DNA of 64,000 bases, from assembly GCA_963735805.1 (NCBI GenBank), contig CAVTMK010000002.1, forward strand, positions 1,280,001-1,344,000, written 5' to 3'. The translations under genes and the position numbers were made by a program. Under the pieces are notes generated by a model. It was given only the letters and a program-made list of their open reading frames with translations. It was not told the DNA's origin and did no database searches. Below are positions 62,641 to 64,000 of this stretch, piece by piece. This DNA is from an uncultured Verrucomicrobiae bacterium. GTDB lineage: Bacteria; Verrucomicrobiota; Verrucomicrobiia; Chthoniobacterales; UBA10450. The stretch's first letter is position 1. Each line of letters opens with the position of its first letter.

Positions 62641-63477
62641 ATGAAGCTTAAGTTCTATGGTACGCGGGGCTCCATCCCCGTCTGCGATGCTGGTTTTCAG
62701 CAATTCGGCGGCAATACCACCTGCCTGCAAATCACGTTCACCGATACGAACCGCATCGCCATCATTGACGCTGGCACGGGATTGCGAAATCTGGGAAAAG
62801 ACATGCGAGCTATCGGTCACAAGCAAGACCAAATCGCTATCGCGTTCACGCACTTTCACTGGGACCACATCCAGGGCTTTCCGTTCTTTGCTCCGGCTTA
62901 TGATCCCAGTCAGAAAATCACGCTGCTAACGCTTGGCCGAGACCAGACAGTTGGCAATTTGCGAGAGATTTTCGAAGTCCAAATGCAGGCCGAATATTTC
63001 CCGGTCCAATTGGATCACATGGGTGCCAACTTCGAGTTCCTGCAAATCGCTGATGCCAGCGAACACTTCACCGGCATCAACAATGTCGAAACGGTGGTTA
63101 CCGCTCAGAGGCACAATCATCCGGGCGGAGCGTATAGTTTCCGGATTGAACGAAACGGCAAAGTGCTCGTCGTTTGCACGGATGTCGAGCATGGGGAGCA
63201 GATCGATCTGCGGTTGGTGGAGTTGGCGCGTGGCGCGGACTTGTTAGTTCATGACGCGCAATACACGGCCGAGGAACTGCAGAAACGGCGTGGATGGGGA
63301 CACAGCAGCTTCGATCAAGCAATGCAAGTTGCTGAAATGGCCGGCGTGAAACGTCTGGTCCTGACTCATCACGATCCCGGCCACGACGACGAGTTCCTCG
63401 AGCGTATCGAAAAATTGTGTCAAGAACGGTTCGCCAACGCGGTGCTTGCCCGCGAAGGAATGGAAATCGCGATCTAG
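62641..63477 (+). CDS. MBL-fold metallo-hydrolase (RNase Z/PhnP-like)
   Basis: FYGTRGSIP, GGNTTC, DAGTG, THFHWDHIQG, GWGHS, HHDP. Confidence 0.92.
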   Translation: MKLKFYGTRGSIPVCDAGFQQFGGNTTCLQITFTDTNRIAIIDAGTGLRNLGKDMRAIGHKQDQIAIAFTHFHWDHIQGFPFFAPAYDPSQKITLLTLGRDQTVGNLREIFEVQMQAEYFPVQLDHMGANFEFLQIADASEHFTGINNVETVVTAQRHNHPGGAYSFRIERNGKVLVVCTDVEHGEQIDLRLVELARGADLLVHDAQYTAEELQKRRGWGHSSFDQAMQVAEMAGVKRLVLTHHDPGHDDEFLERIEKLCQERFANAVLAREGMEIAI

Positions 63478-63761
63478 CAGACAACTCGAAATTACAGTCG
63501 CAATCGGACTGAGGCCCGGAGCGAACTCCTGGTTCTCGGTTACACCACCTTTTCCGCGCGATGGCTGCATCTCGTGAATATGGAAGGAGTCGTTCATGTG
63601 TCTCCGACTATCACCGTCGGCGCATTACGCCTGCTATCAGACCTTGGTCTTATCGACGCTGGCGATATTTCTTCATAGCATCCCCCCAATGACCGCGTTG
63701 TTTTTTCCCACTGCACTCGGCGACAAACATTCGTAAGTACTCCACCAACTGGAAACGAATT

Positions 63762-64000
63762 ATGCGCATTGTAACTGCCACCGTAGGCGCGTTCATCGGT
63801 ATGCTGGGCATGACGCTTCATGCGCAGGATCTCGAGCCGCGCGCTTACAGCAATTCCCCGATCGGTCTTAATTTCGTGATCGCCGGATACGGCTATGCAT
63901 CGGGTACCGTGCTCACCGATCCGTCACTACCGCTGGAGAACGTGAGCAACGAATCACACGTCGGTGTCATCGGTTTCGCCACGACGTTCGGCGCGTTTGG
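63762..64000 (+). CDS. Outer-membrane transporter (MetA-pathway/COG4313-like), partial
   Basis: Not in the ORF track; hand-translated MRIVTATVGAFIGMLGMTLHAQDLEPRAYSNSPIGLNFVIAGYGY...DPSLPLE; open to the window end. Confidence 0.72.
   Translation, partial: MRIVTATVGAFIGMLGMTLHAQDLEPRAYSNSPIGLNFVIAGYGYASGTVLTDPSLPLENVSNESHVGVIGFATTFGAF

Noticed and set aside
63596..63736. 46-codon ORF after an AAGGAG motif
   Set aside because: No recognisable features or coupling to neighbours, so coding status cannot be supported.

Overview
A 64 kb bacterial chromosome segment of roughly 54-56% GC (estimated by eye). Gene content and protein style (short ATP synthase delta, LpxI, TamB/Omp85 pair, many GTAG-type palindromes) suggest soil Verrucomicrobiota, probably Chthoniobacterales or Ca. 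Udaeobacter-like; this is an inference. Positions 1-54.9 kb are mostly core genes: glnA (partial)-glnB, dnaE, ald, rnpA-yidD-yidC-jag, peptidases, oxidoreductases, tamB-Omp85, a PLP decarboxylase, a PpiD-like chaperone, obgE, atpBEFHAGDC and lpxI. Positions 55-64 kb look accessory: two sulfatases, four paralogous STAS/SpoIIAA-like proteins, an aquaporin, an MBL hydrolase and a partial outer-membrane channel. The best candidate for a new system is a tightly coupled cluster at 14.4-21.7 kb: DUF2911/TPR protein, large exported PIG-L deacetylase, 37-aa membrane peptide, Na+:solute symporter, half-length BshC-like protein and BshA. It looks like a non-canonical bacillithiol-type synthesis or salvage pathway in a diderm. 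A second notable signal is intergenic palindromic repeats inserted in frame into dnaE, the decarboxylase, tamB and possibly obgE. Three genes carry single-base frameshifts, probably sequencing errors. I found no rRNA, tRNA, CRISPR array or transposase.
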